Assembly: GCA_019058015.1 (NCBI GenBank)
Contig: JAHLWH010000279.1
Location: forward strand, 1-39,821
DNA from: Promethearchaeota archaeon
Lineage (GTDB): Archaea; Asgardarchaeota; Lokiarchaeia; Sigyniarchaeales; SOKP01
DNA length: 39,821 nucleotides
Direction of reading: 5' to 3'
Shown: piece by piece, positions 20,381 through 30,100 of the stretch
How positions within the stretch are numbered: the first letter of the stretch is position 1
How the letters are laid out: each line of letters opens with the position of its first letter
Translations under genes and position numbers: made by a program
Notes under the pieces: generated by a model
Told to the model about the DNA's origin: nothing
What the model saw: only the letters and a program-made list of their open reading frames with translations
The model's database searches: none

Positions 20381-22954
20381 TTTAAAGAAGGAACGAAAAA
20401 AGGATACAAAACAAAAAAAGGAGATTTGGAAACCGAATGAAAATATTAATGAAGTTGATGAGCATAAAAAAATGGAGAGAATTATTGAACACGCTGAAAA
20501 AGCTGGGAAGAACGAATTTGATGAAAGAGAGAAAATGAGAAGGATTCTCGATAGAGCAAAAATTAGGTCAAGAGATTCTCAGAGCGATATTGAAATGGCA
20601 AAAAAAATTATGGGAGCAATGGACGAGAAATATCGCCCTGAATTTATTGAAAAACTAAGAACCGAATATGAAGAACGTAATGAAAAAGGAATGGTGTTTA
20701 CGTCTAACATTAAAGTAGAAAGTCCAGAAAGAAAGAGCGATATTCCAGATAAAAAAAATAATAAATCAGAACTAAATAAACCAACTGAGAAAAAAGATAA
20801 AATCAAAGAAAATGGAGAAAAAAAAAAAAAAAAGAACCAGATAGAGAAAAAAGAGAAATTCCGAAAGAGAAACAAAAAACACGAGACATCAATCGAGAAC
20901 AAGAAGAACAAAAAAAAGTTAAGGAAAAGGAAAATAACGAAAGTGAAAAAATAAAGGAAAAAAAATCAAAAAATATAGAAACAAAAAAAAAGCAAGATAT
21001 TTCAAGAGAAAAAAAGAAAATTGGCGAATCCAAGAAAGAGATTGACAAAAAGAAGGTGGTGAAGGACTATTTAGAAAAGCACAAAGAACCTAAAGATATA
21101 ACAAATGATCTTAATGATTTAAAAAGACAACGAAACGAAAATAGTAATTTGATTGATTTTTGTCAAAAGAAATTAAAAGAGGGGAATTTTAACGGAATTA
21201 TTACGCGTGAAGGTCACGAGCAAAAATTAAAAGAATTAATAAAAAAAAATGAACAAATGGAAAAACAACTAAGGGAATTTAACGATAATTCTTCTCACTC
21301 AAAAAAATTAAATAATGAAAAATTAAAAGATAAAAGAGAAGTGATATTAGAAAAGAGAAATACCGAGCTCAAACAAAAACTAAAAAACGAAAATTTGAAA
21401 GAAGAAGAGCAAATTTCAAAGGAAAAGGCTAAAGAATTAGGAAGAAACCTTCCTAACCATGAGCATGAAAAAGAATCCTCTTCAGAAGTAAAGGAAAAAG
21501 AAAAAGTATCAGATGATAATAATAAAGATAAGGAAATGTTTCGAGACAATAATGCCAAAAGAGAATTTGATAGAACATTGATAAAAAATCACCTTGTTGA
21601 CATATTTTGCAGATCAATAAAAGATAATTTAGAGAATGTTGATAATCCAGAAGAATACATCAAGAAAAATCCAAAATTAAATTATGATTTAAAAAAAAAT
21701 TTAGAGAAGAATTTAGATATTCCAGATAAGGTTTTATCAAGGGTTCTTAGATATTCAAGTAAGTGTTTAGACGAAGACACTACAAAAGCGTTAGATAATG
21801 CCATTAATTTATATAATAGAGTATTAGAACGCCCTCATGGTTATATTTATTTGCTTAAAAACTTTAAAAACGAGAAAGTCTATGTCGGCAAAACTGAAAG
21901 GGATAAAGAAAAGAGATATCATAATGATCCTATTCTAGACAGATGGATCAGGCATAAGAAAAGGGCTGAAAAGTTAAAGAATAAAAGAGAAGCTAATCCA
22001 GAGAAAAAGTTTTATGGAACTCATCTAAAGAATTCCATCATTAAATATGGACAAAATGCATTTAATCTTAAACAAATCGATGTAGCATATAGTCCAAAAG
22101 AGCTTAATGTAAAGGAAAAATATTGGATTGGGGAATATGATTCAATGAACCATGAAAAAGGTTATAATATGAGCTCAGGTGGTGATGGCGGAAGGCAGAG
22201 ATTAGATGTGTTAAAAAAAATAAGCGATACAATGAAAAAGAAGTATCAAGACCCCAAATATCTAAAAGAGAGAAAAGAAGCATACAAAAAGCAAAGCGAT
22301 ACAATGAAAAAGAAACATCAAGACCCTGAGTATAGAAAAAATTATATTAAAGCGAGGGAAACCCCAGAGTTCAAAAAAAAGCAGAAAGAAATAATCGAGA
22401 AATTAAACAAAGCATTGAAAAAGAAATATCAAGACCCTAAGTTTCAGAAAAAGCGGAAAAAATTAATAAGCGAAGGAATGAAAAAGAAGTATCAAGACCC
22501 TAAATATCTAGAAGAGAGAAAAGAAGTATACAAAAAGCAAAGCGATATAATGAAAAAGAAGCATCAAGACCCAGAGTTTAAAATGAAGTTAGAGAAAACG
22601 AGGAAAACCCCAGAGTATAAAGAAAAGCGAAAAAAAGCCAATAAGAAACACAGCGATATTATGAAAAAGAAACATCAAGATCCCGAATATAGAAAAAATT
22701 ATATGAAAGCAAGGGAAAACCCAGAGTACAAAAAAAGGTTGAGTAGGGCGCTTAGAAAAGAGATAGGTGACATAAAAATCTTCTTAATCGATATAAAAAG
22801 TGGAATGCTGAAAAAAGAGTTAATTCAAAAATACAATATGTCCTCTAAAACTATTAATAGAAGGATAAAAGAGATACTTGGTCGATATGGACCACAAAAC
22901 TTTTCAGAAGCGAAAAAATTTTTAGAAGACAAAGACATCGATGAAATTTTATAA
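20373..22954 (+). CDS. Large K/E-rich protein with GIY-YIG endonuclease, repeat array and C-terminal HTH; split by a frameshift in an A16 tract (20818-20833)
   Basis: After the A run the -1 frame reads EPDREKREIPKEKQ... open into the 21056 ORF. GYIYLLKN..NEKVYVGKT, RWIRH, EKYWI..Y.S....GYN. Confidence 0.8.
22223..22740 (+). repeat. Intragenic degenerate repeat array: six KKK(Y/H)QDP units and three R(E/K)(T/N)PE(F/Y) units
   Basis: Visible in the protein and in DNA (recurring atgaaaaagaa..atcaagaccc). Confidence 0.9.
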
Positions 22955-22989
22955 CACCAGAAGTAATTACAATTACAATTTTATGGACG

Positions 22990-23604
22990 TTAGTTGCTTT
23001 TACTCTCTAAATTTCTAACCTTATATGAGTGGATAAACCATTTTAAAATCAAAAAGGCAATAAATACCGGAGCTAGTAAAATTATTGCATCATAACTTCC
23101 TGGCCACCATAACTTAAAACTCCATCGAAACATTGCAAAATCAAAGGGATAGAGCCAGTTTATCCCTCCTGCCCAGGGCCATAAACCCATATCGAGAAAT
23201 AAATGGAATAGACCACCTATAAAAAGTAGGAAGAAAGGACTCTTTATTTTTGTTTGCCAAATTGATTGAAGTTTAAGTAGTTTAAATTTAAAGCCATTTT
23301 CATTTAAATTAAATTGATGTTTAATTTCGACGGATTCTAATGGTTTAAGAGATTTCTCGAAAAAAATTGAGATGAAGCTTGCAAGAGCAAGAACACCAAT
23401 AATGGAATGAGAGGATTCATTTATAGGATAACTAATAAAATATGAAATTATTTCTAGATTAAGAAATTCTGTTATAAAAATAGGAAATCTTAAGAAATCC
23501 GGCATTAAATTTCCTATTAAAAAAATTATCTTTTTCTCCTTTTTAATTCCCAATATGTTGGATAAAATTGTTCCAAACATTATGTGAGCGATCCAATCTG
23601 GCAA
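22990..23604 (-). CDS. Membrane-bound metal-dependent hydrolase (YdjM/DUF457-like)
   Basis: MPDWIAH, G.LMPD, SHSIIG, G...HLFLD..., W.YPF. Confidence 0.75.
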   Translation of the reverse strand: MPDWIAHIMFGTILSNILGIKKEKKIIFLIGNLMPDFLRFPIFITEFLNLEIISYFISYPINESSHSIIGVLALASFISIFFEKSLKPLESVEIKHQFNLNENGFKFKLLKLQSIWQTKIKSPFFLLFIGGLFHLFLDMGLWPWAGGINWLYPFDFAMFRWSFKLWWPGSYDAIILLAPVFIAFLILKWFIHSYKVRNLESKSN

Positions 23605-23605
23605 A

Positions 23606-24157
23606 CTAAGAACCTCTATTCGATTTCTTTGGGCTGTTATGAATTAATTTCAATTTTTTAAAATCTATTTTGAAATAATAAAAAATTAAGGGAATTATTA
23701 TTACTAGTCCCCCTAATGAAAGAATAATTGTACGGATACTATGTATCTCCATAATATCCAAGCCAATAACAACGCCCTCGGAATTAAGAAGTGATATCCC
23801 CTTAATACAATAAATATTTCCTATCTTTATATTTGTGATATTAAATTTCTCGTGTCCTGACCAATTATGAAATTGGATAATGATTTGAATGTCATAAAAA
23901 TCGTCTCTAAATACAATGGATAGAAGATCAATTGATTCATTATAATTATAGTCGCTTATCTCTTGATTTATTACAATTTGCTCATTCTCTACTATATTTG
24001 CTCCATTGTAGAGCTCGTAAAGATCAATACAATAAGGATCTTTATTCCATTTAGTGGGAATTGGAGGATATAAAAATCCTAAAAATCCAAAAAAAATTGA
24101 TCCAATAATTATGATTCCAAAAATTAAAATTCTTTTTCTTGTCTTTTTCTTGTTCAT
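23606..24157 (-). CDS. Hypothetical protein with two TM segments
   Basis: TM helices near both termini; ends 1 nt before the hydrolase start, so probably co-transcribed. Confidence 0.7.
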   Translation of the reverse strand: MNKKKTRKRILIFGIIIIGSIFFGFLGFLYPPIPTKWNKDPYCIDLYELYNGANIVENEQIVINQEISDYNYNESIDLLSIVFRDDFYDIQIIIQFHNWSGHEKFNITNIKIGNIYCIKGISLLNSEGVVIGLDIMEIHSIRTIILSLGGLVIIIPLIFYYFKIDFKKLKLIHNSPKKSNRGS

Positions 24158-24343
24158 TTATTGGTAATCGCTTTATTTACATAATAGTTCGTATATTTTT
24201 AATATTTGTTTGATATTTTTATTTTTTCAATTAAAAAAAAATCCTTAAACCTACAGTTTTCTAAATGGGGAAATTTATTCCTCAATCCTTTATAATCAAA
24301 ATTCAAACTTTTATATTAGAAACATATTAGTAGGTTTAAAAGT

Positions 24344-25021
24344 ATGAAAAAAAATAAAATGATTTTATTTGGTGTATTATTGTTTTTAATAATTTTTTCC
24401 ATCGATAGTACCCAAAATGTGATAGCAGATAACCAGAATACAGTTGATGTCAATGGAGACTCAACACAGATCCATTTAATGGCTCATAATAGAGTTAATT
24501 ATCGCTTTCGACAGAGAACACAATTAAGAATCAATTGTTCGGCTAATCTCGATTTAGATATATCGTGTGATTCCTTAAATATTGGGAATAAGATATTTGA
24601 GATTGAAATTAATTCAACTAAAGATCTTAAAATGAATATGACATGTACTGAGGAACAAGCCGAACTTGGACTCTTAAAGGGAGAAATACATCAAAACAGA
24701 AATCGGAATAGATTTCGCTATCAAGCAGGGTTTGTTGTAGCTTTAGAAGTTAATGGAAGCATTCAAGCGAAATTAAAATTGCAAGCTGAAAATGAATATA
24801 AACATGGCACTTGGGCTTATTATGATGAGGATTCACAAACATGGATTCCGGTGGAGACTGTTCTTGAAGATGGGTTTTTAGTGACTGAAACCAATCATTT
24901 TTCAACATGGACCATAATAAATCTTGAACAAGATTTCACAATTGCATGGATTATCGGATTAGGAATTGTAGCGGTTTTAGCTATAACAGGATTAATCATA
25001 TGGAAAAAGAAAAGAAAGTAA
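24344..25021 (+). CDS. Cell-surface protein: signal peptide, beta-rich domain ending in an HFS motif, C-terminal TM and basic tail
   Basis: MKKNKMILFGVLLFLIIFS...; WAYYDEDSQTWIPVET...TETNHFSTWTII; FTIAWIIGLGIVAVLAITGLIIW-KKKRK. Confidence 0.85.
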   Translation: MKKNKMILFGVLLFLIIFSIDSTQNVIADNQNTVDVNGDSTQIHLMAHNRVNYRFRQRTQLRINCSANLDLDISCDSLNIGNKIFEIEINSTKDLKMNMTCTEEQAELGLLKGEIHQNRNRNRFRYQAGFVVALEVNGSIQAKLKLQAENEYKHGTWAYYDEDSQTWIPVETVLEDGFLVTETNHFSTWTIINLEQDFTIAWIIGLGIVAVLAITGLIIWKKKRK

Positions 25022-25119
25022 AACTAAGAAAATCTATATTAAATAATTTTTTTTTTAATTTATTCTGAATTTTTTATGAACTATTAAAAAAATATTGATT
25101 AAAAACAAATTGGACTAAT

Positions 25120-26376
25120 ATGGTTGGAAAACATCCCCAAAATGTTAAATCACAGGAGAAACTTATAAAAATCACTTTTTTAATTATATTTTTCATTTTA
25201 ATTCAAATCAATCTATCAATACTTCCAACTTTAGCTAAAAAGAAAAACATTACAGGTTTCTCAACTCATGATTTTCTCAATCCTAATGAATCAATTACAT
25301 ATTATTTTTCAAATGGGATTCAATTTGGAATTAATACAAATGTCAGTATAGATTTCGATATCCAATATGATAATAAAATTCAAAATCGGGAGATCTATAT
25401 AAAGATAAAAAATAATCAATCAATATCGTTTCAAATAAATACAAAGACTAATATGATGAATTTTGGATTATCTAAACAACCAGGTAATCCTAATTATAAA
25501 AATAATCGGTTTGAATATCGGTTTAATTGTATATATCAATTCATTTCAAATGATTCAATCCAAAATTTAACTATTCAATTTAATAAGACCTCAAATTTTG
25601 GATTAAATCCAAATAAGACATATTTTATCGCAGTTTTTGAGTTAAGTAATGAATCTTGGCAGATTATTCCAACAGAAGAATTAATTAATGAATTATCTTC
25701 TGAGAGTTATTTAGAAACAACTATTCTAAATCTTGAAGGAAATACTGAATATTATATTACACTTTATGAAGTTTCCATTTCTTCAGATATTTGGCCATGG
25801 ATCTTAATTATCGTTATCATTGTAGTTATAGCTACATTAGGTTTAGCTATCACAAAAAAAGATTATATCAATTACTTAAAAAATAGATTAATTAATATTG
25901 ATAAAGGAGCTCATCGATTAACCATAGAAGAGGTCTTAGAAAATGAAAATCGAAATAAAATAATAGATCTAATTTTATCTAACCCAGGGGTTCATTTTAA
26001 TGAATTACTACGACAAACTGGAATAGCTGCAGGAAATTTGGTTTGGCATTTAGATATCTTAGAAACTTATAAAATTATTGGAAAAAAAAGAATTGGAAAC
26101 TATATTGCATATTTTCCATATTATAATAAAAATCCTATTAGCAACATTGATTTAAAACTCCAAAAGAGTAAATTTACACTAGAGGTTCTAGAAATGATTG
26201 AAAGAAATCCTGGAATATATAATAATTTGATCACAAAAAAATTTCGAGTTGATCATAAAACAATACACTACCACTTGAAAAAACTATTCGATTTGGGGAT
26301 TATATATTCAGAAAAAATCGGAAGGAAAAAACAACTATTTCCAAATTTGGATTCAGAATATTATAATTCAAAATAA
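25120..26376 (+). CDS. Membrane-tethered transcriptional regulator: ectodomain, TM, tandem winged HTH
   Basis: N-terminal signal/TM, second TM IWPWILIIVIIVVIATLGLAI, then VLENENR.KI...I..NPG.HFNEL......GNL.WHL..LE and a second NPG...TI.YHLKKL. Confidence 0.85.
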   Translation: MVGKHPQNVKSQEKLIKITFLIIFFILIQINLSILPTLAKKKNITGFSTHDFLNPNESITYYFSNGIQFGINTNVSIDFDIQYDNKIQNREIYIKIKNNQSISFQINTKTNMMNFGLSKQPGNPNYKNNRFEYRFNCIYQFISNDSIQNLTIQFNKTSNFGLNPNKTYFIAVFELSNESWQIIPTEELINELSSESYLETTILNLEGNTEYYITLYEVSISSDIWPWILIIVIIVVIATLGLAITKKDYINYLKNRLINIDKGAHRLTIEEVLENENRNKIIDLILSNPGVHFNELLRQTGIAAGNLVWHLDILETYKIIGKKRIGNYIAYFPYYNKNPISNIDLKLQKSKFTLEVLEMIERNPGIYNNLITKKFRVDHKTIHYHLKKLFDLGIIYSEKIGRKKQLFPNLDSEYYNSK

Positions 26377-26582
26377 GATCTATTCATTTTTTATAAGAAA
26401 TAAATGGAAGAAATTTTAATTTAGTCTATTAAATTTTTATCCTCTAAAATCTCCACTTTAACTTGAAATCCTGGTCTACACTTTTTTTTGAATATAGATT
26501 TCATAATTCTAATATTTTAAGGAATTCTAGGTTATATAATCTAATAATTATTTTTAAAAATTTTGGATTATTGTAAAACCTA

Positions 26583-27803
26583 ATGCAAAAAGAAAAAAAT
26601 AATAGTTCTAATGGGTTTCAAGGGTCTTTTGAAAAGTTAGAAAAAATTAAATATCCAAATTTGTTTCCACTCTGGATTGCGATTTTCATCGATATTCTAG
26701 GATTTTCGATATTAATTCCATTTTTACCAATTTTCGTAGAAGTATTTGAAACTAATGAATTTATTATTGGTCTCCTCTTGGCAACAAATGCGATGTTTTC
26801 TTTTTTTTTTGCAATCATTTTGGGAAAATTAAGTGATAAATTTGGTCGAAGACCATTATTATTAATATCTCAGATTGGAACAATGATTGGATTTATAATG
26901 CTTGCTTTTTCAACATCTTTAGAAATGCTTTTTCTTTCACGTATTGTTGATGGAATTTTCGGAGGGAATTATCCTATTGCTAAAGCTATTATTAGCGATA
27001 TCGTACCTCCGAAAGATAGACCCATTCAAATGACGAATGTTGGGGTATGCCATGTTTTATCTTCACTTATTGGTCCTGGTCTAGGAGGAGTTTTATCAAT
27101 ATGGGGTATCATGGCACCTGGATTAGTTGCTGCGGGATTATCGCTATTCACAATTATTATAACCATCTTTTTCTTAAAAGAAACTTGGCCAAGACATAAT
27201 CGAGTGAAAAAAGAAAAAGATAAAGTAATAATTAAAATTAGAAAAAATAAAAATGCAATGTTTTTATTGACTCAATGGGGGTTCCACACGGTGTCTTTCA
27301 TTATATATGTATCTACTTTTTCATTATTTGCAGCTAGCGTTCTTGGTTTAGATGGATTTCAGATCGGAATGTTATTGATGCTCTCAGGAATATTTAGAGC
27401 AATTATAAGATTTACTCTTTTTAAGCCTACTCTAAATAAATTAGGTCTTAACAAAATGTTAAAACTTGGGTTAGGTATATTTACTGTTATATTTTTTCTC
27501 ATTGGGTTTACTCAATATTGGCAACAAGCTTTAATTTTATTATTATTTGTTCTCTTTGCAGCTTCTTGTACCAGGGGTACTCTCAGTAGTAAAATAACTC
27601 AATCGGTAACTCCTAAAGAACAAGGAAAAATAAATGGTTATTCCTCTGCTTTGGATAGTTTTGCTCAAATGATAGGACCTTTGCTTGGTGGTTTTATATT
27701 ATGGGCGTTTGAACCTTACTGGTTGGGAATTGCTATGTCCATATTCTCTCTTGTTGCATTTTTCATGGCATTTAAAAAATTAAACCTTAAAACAACCAAG
27801 TAA
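26583..27803 (+). CDS. MFS transporter, DHA1/TetA-like
   Basis: DILGF.I..P.LP, GKLSDKFGRRP motif A, RIVDG..GG, EQGK..G; multiple TM segments. Confidence 0.9.
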   Translation: MQKEKNNSSNGFQGSFEKLEKIKYPNLFPLWIAIFIDILGFSILIPFLPIFVEVFETNEFIIGLLLATNAMFSFFFAIILGKLSDKFGRRPLLLISQIGTMIGFIMLAFSTSLEMLFLSRIVDGIFGGNYPIAKAIISDIVPPKDRPIQMTNVGVCHVLSSLIGPGLGGVLSIWGIMAPGLVAAGLSLFTIIITIFFLKETWPRHNRVKKEKDKVIIKIRKNKNAMFLLTQWGFHTVSFIIYVSTFSLFAASVLGLDGFQIGMLLMLSGIFRAIIRFTLFKPTLNKLGLNKMLKLGLGIFTVIFFLIGFTQYWQQALILLLFVLFAASCTRGTLSSKITQSVTPKEQGKINGYSSALDSFAQMIGPLLGGFILWAFEPYWLGIAMSIFSLVAFFMAFKKLNLKTTK

Positions 27804-27826
27804 AGTTCAATTAATAAAAAAAAAGA

Positions 27827-28456
27827 CTATAGTTGAAGATCTTTATCTTCCAAAATCTCAACTGTTATATTTGGATTTTTATTTTTCAATATTTCCTTAA
27901 ATTGGCTTAAATCCTTACCCCAATTATGCATCGGAATTGCTATTTTAGGGTTAATATCAACCACAGCATCAGTAGATTCGTCAAAATCCATGGTGTAAGT
28001 TCCCCCACATGGAAGCATCGCAACATCAATATCTTTTAAGTCCTTCATTTCCGGAATTCTTTCTGTATCTCCGGCGTGATAAATTCTTTTTCCTTCTGCT
28101 TCAATTATTATACCTGCCCACCCTCTATTTTTTGGATGAGTACTCTTTTTGATTGTATATGCGGGAACAAGTTGTATCTTAACATCTTCTACCTCGAAAA
28201 TTTCTCCGAATTTAAGACCTTTTCCATTAAATTTTTTTAAATTACCTGATTCACTTTTCGGTCCAATTACAATTGTAGAATCTTTAGATATTTCTCTAAT
28301 CGATGCACCATCCATATGATCTCCATGAGAATGACTTGAAATGATAATATCTGCCTTTTCTAAGCCAGTAGGAATTTCATAAGGATCTAAATACATAACC
28401 TTACCAGATTTTGTTATAATTTGAAAGCATGCATGGGATATCCATTTTATCTTCAT
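27827..28456 (-). CDS. MBL-fold metallo-hydrolase (COG2220-like)
   Basis: I.W..HACF, DPY, SHSHGDH, IYHAGDT, GGTYTM, IPMH. Confidence 0.9.
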   Translation of the reverse strand: MKIKWISHACFQIITKSGKVMYLDPYEIPTGLEKADIIISSHSHGDHMDGASIREISKDSTIVIGPKSESGNLKKFNGKGLKFGEIFEVEDVKIQLVPAYTIKKSTHPKNRGWAGIIIEAEGKRIYHAGDTERIPEMKDLKDIDVAMLPCGGTYTMDFDESTDAVVDINPKIAIPMHNWGKDLSQFKEILKNKNPNITVEILEDKDLQL

Positions 28457-28740
28457 AATTACAATTTATAATTATCTGATATTTAATAATTATGGATTTT
28501 TCGAAAAAGAATCTTTTTTATAGGTTTTACTAATCTATTTCTTTTTTCATCGAAGTATAATACATAATTTTTACCTAAATTCTTTCCAAAGGAGAGTGAA
28601 ATCTGGGATTCTTTTCTTTTATAAAAAATTTGCTTGGTTTTTTAATTTGGGTTTCAAAAATTTAATATTTTACATATTTTAATATTGAAAAATTTTATAA
28701 ATATTTTTAAAAACTTTGGATTATTGTAGAATTAAAGAAC

Positions 28741-29469
28741 ATGGAGTTTCCTAAAGTTAATCTACATATACACTCTAATTTTTCAGATGGGGCAAATTCA
28801 ATTGAAAAAATTGTATTAGAGTCTTTGAAATTAGGATTAGATTATATTGCAATTACAGATCATTTTACAAATACTTGGAAGGCAAATATTATTAAAACTT
28901 TAAACAATAGGAGAAAAATTTCAAAGTATTTGGATGAAATTTCAGAGTATCAAGAATTCTTAAGGTTAAAAAAATTACCTCTAAAATTATTGAGTGGTGT
29001 CGAAATTGATTTAAGAAGTTCAATCGATTATATAAAGAAGAATATTGAGATCGATAAATTCCAGTTAATTTTATTTGAATATCTTCAAAATATGAAAGAT
29101 GCTATTAAAATTGAAAGATTAATAAAATATTGGAAAATCTCAATTAACTCGGAGTCCAATTTTCCCATCATGGGATTAGCACATTTTGATCCGGGATATT
29201 TAATTTATAATTATTTAGAAGATTTAATTGAATTTCTGAAGGAATATAATATTTATTTTGAGTTTAACTATAGTTATTCTCAATATTACTCATCGGAATA
29301 TAGATTATTTTTTGATAAATTAAAAGAACATAAAGTTCCTGTAGGTATTGGTTCAGACTCTCATTCTTTACCTTATCTAGCTAATATTAAGGAACCCCTT
29401 GAAAAAATTATCCAATATAATTTAGAGGATAATTTTAGGTTATTGATTTCTAAATTAGAAGAAAAATAA
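28741..29469 (+). CDS. PHP-domain protein
   Basis: NLHIHSNFSDG, AITDH, GVEI, LAHF, GSDSH. Confidence 0.85.
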   Translation: MEFPKVNLHIHSNFSDGANSIEKIVLESLKLGLDYIAITDHFTNTWKANIIKTLNNRRKISKYLDEISEYQEFLRLKKLPLKLLSGVEIDLRSSIDYIKKNIEIDKFQLILFEYLQNMKDAIKIERLIKYWKISINSESNFPIMGLAHFDPGYLIYNYLEDLIEFLKEYNIYFEFNYSYSQYYSSEYRLFFDKLKEHKVPVGIGSDSHSLPYLANIKEPLEKIIQYNLEDNFRLLISKLEEK

Positions 29470-29570
29470 AATTCAGATCTTTTATTTCAATTTTAGGATA
29501 GTATAGCAATTAACTCTAAGATACAACCTTAGTGCCATCCTTTTAAACCATACACGTATAACTCAATATT

Positions 29571-29750
29571 TTATTTGGGTAAAAAAGTGAGATTACTTGC
29601 TTGAGCTATGTAATACACTCTCTCACATTCGGGACAACTTCTTGCCTCAATGATTTGAGAATCTTCAGTAAAGGGCTTAATTTCTTCACAACAGACTAAT
29701 TTTGTATTACAATGATCACATTTCTTGGGTAATTTTGTTTTTTTCCTCAT
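29571..29750 (-). CDS. Small zinc-ribbon protein (59 aa), not in the ORF track
   Basis: Hand translation MRKKTKLPKKCDHCNTKLVCCEEIKPFTEDSQIIEARSCPECERVYYIAQASNLTFLPK*; two CxxC pairs. Confidence 0.75.
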   Translation of the reverse strand: MRKKTKLPKKCDHCNTKLVCCEEIKPFTEDSQIIEARSCPECERVYYIAQASNLTFLPK

Positions 29751-29941
29751 TTATTTATTCCTTATTTTATCAAATTTACTTAAATAAATTGGCAATTTTA
29801 TTAAATGTCATTATATTATTTAAAGATTTACTTAGGATTTTAAAGGTACTATAATAATCTCTTAAAAATCATCATTTAATTTTATCATTTTAATGTTTCC
29901 TTTTGTAAAACCAATAAGCTTTATATTATAAGATTTCCAAT

Positions 29942-30066
29942 GATTCTTATTTTATACCTCGTTGAAAAATATTAAAAAACCCCTTGAAAAAATTATCCAA
30001 TATAATTTAGAGGATAATTTTCAATTATTAATTTTAAAATTAAAGGAAAAATGGTATTTCCTTTAA
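29942..30066 (+). pseudogene. Orphan copy of the PHP gene 3' end
   Basis: 44 bp identical at 29393-29436 and 29978-30021; NIKKPLEKIIQYNLEDNFQLLILKLKEK versus NIKEPLEKIIQYNLEDNFRLLISKLEEK. Confidence 0.9.
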
Positions 30067-30100
30067 GTTCTCTAACTTATATTTTTCTTCTTAACTATAA

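Larger units (their letters stand above)
18054..23175. mobile_element. Putative integrated element (about 5.1 kb) bounded by a duplicated gene 3' end
   Basis: Direct repeat ccagtttatccctcctgccca at both ends; contains a HerA/FtsK-like ATPase and a GIY-YIG nuclease; no integrase seen. Confidence 0.6.
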
